From Catajapyx aquilonaris (Eukaryota), in contig KZ538004.1 in NCBI GenBank assembly GCA_000934665.2, forward strand, positions 1 to 64,000: a DNA stretch of 64,000 nt. Direction: 5' to 3'. The notes beneath the pieces were generated by a model that was not told the DNA's origin, made no database searches, and saw only the letters and a list, made by a program, of their open reading frames with translations. Shown here in pieces: positions 62,612-64,000 of this stretch (within the stretch, counting starts at the first letter, position 1; each line of letters starts with the position of its first letter). Made by a program: the position numbers and the translations under genes.

Positions 62612-63114
62612 CTGCAAATAATATTGTGATTTCAATGTTATGCAACCATGCAGTCATCAAAATAATCAACAAAATGTATTGGTACATACACCCTTTTTAA
62701 TGAAAGTTAAGTGATTGGAAATAACAGCCAAGTTGTGCATCAGTTCTACTGTACATTGTGTTGTTGAGGGTCTGCTGTAAACTCGGTGGAAGAAAACTCA
62801 AATAATGATCTGGCGACTACCATTGGGCAAAAACTCAATTTGTCCAATGCACTTTTTGGCCATGGGACAAATAGCTGAAAATGCTTTTTGATGAGATGGA
62901 AATTAGACACAAAAGAGAATGGAATGACGGATCAGATAGAAATGTAGCATACAATGAGAAAAAAAGGACTGATTTAATTAATCACCAATTAATCATCGTC
63001 TTCTGTCATGGCAATTAAATGTTATGGATTACGTAGTATATAAGAATTCTTATTCCAATTATTGTGTAAGTATTCTAATCACAACATGAAGCAGTTTTTC
63101 TTTCTTAGATCATT

Positions 63115-63453
63115 GGGGCCGTCCATAATCCGCGCGGACATGTTTTTTTCACCTCCCCCCTCCCCCTCCCCTTTGCGGACAGAAGCGGACAATATTTTAC
63201 CCCCCCCCCCTAAAAATTGCACGGACATGCCCCCCTTGACCCCCCCCCCCTGCCCCCGATTCGCCACACTGAAAGTGTTATTTTCAATAATATATTGGTA
63301 TTTTTTATTTTTCGATATCTACACACAAATTCCTTTTTTCAGAGGCATTACGGTATATTTGAGAGGTCTGACNCCCCCTGTACGGACAAAAGCGGACAAA
63401 GTGCAACGCCCCCTCCCCCCCTTCACTTGCCTGCGCGGATTATGGACGGCCCC
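63115..63453. mobile_element. PIF/Harbinger-type MITE
   Basis: TIR GGGGCCGTCCATAATCCGCGC with ATT on both sides and internal GCGGACA repeats. Confidence 0.85.
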
Positions 63454-64000
63454 ATTATACATTTTTCACCCTCGTCAGCAGTTGTGTCGATTACATTAAT
63501 AAGAAATATTATAGGTTATGCTCCTCAAATATGTAGAAGTCAGGCAAATTGGAGGATAAGATGAACAGGACTGACTGACCATTTCCATTGGAAGGATATA
63601 GCTGTGTATTCGCTGCTTACATCCCTCCGAAAAGCATTTTTTGCAAATTGTCTTGTTGTCCAAGGGTGCTTTCCCTGAATTGCATTCTTGCCCAATAATA
63701 GTCACCAAATCATCCTTTGTCAAGTTTATCAGGAACCGTTTATGAGCTACCAGAGGAGGTAGAGCCTGGGTGACAAGGTATGGTATGACCTCATAATCTG
63801 AAGTGAGGGACAGGAGCACTATACAAAGGTGTACAAAGCAGGTTTATCCTGGAAAACGCTAGCTATTTTTGTGAGGTCCTATGCTCTTTTTTTTGTTACA
63901 TACATGGATTCCTGAGTTCAGCAATGGATTACTGAACCACATAATCTGTGCAGTCAGTATGTATAGGCCTACTGGCCAAGTGTATCCAACTTGGTGCAAC

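Noticed and set aside
63580..63797. Exon-like minus-strand frame (YEVIPYLVTQALPP..CKKCFSEG) as a TBC1D16 exon
   Set aside because: No resemblance to TBC1D16 that I recognise, and its donors are phase 1 or 0 while the next exon needs phase 2. It could belong to something else but cannot be supported here.

Overview
Repeat-rich genomic DNA from an invertebrate animal (arthropod-like; species cannot be determined from sequence alone). All gene models were assembled by hand from GT-AG sites and exon phase. Minus strand: first coding exon of an MRCK/Genghis khan kinase gene (9828-10092), a three-exon THAP + ~16 C2H2 zinc-finger gene (22659-31525), a candidate three-exon 64-aa microgene (36207-36588), and the last seven coding exons of TBC1D16 (42998-62611). 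Plus strand: an unrecognised three-exon gene head-to-head with MRCK, encoding a ~244-aa protein with 18-aa repeats and a C-terminal transmembrane anchor. Introns and intergenic DNA hold a 2.45-kb non-autonomous LTR retrotransposon, at least five tRNA-derived SINE types (including V-domain-like and Deu/Nin-like ones) and many MITEs (TA, TTAA, TWA/TNA, 4-bp and 8-bp target duplications). Several MITEs are near-perfect palindromes or nested, including a 4.7-kb double fold-back in one TBC1D16 intron. Most short ORFs in the supplied track are spurious.
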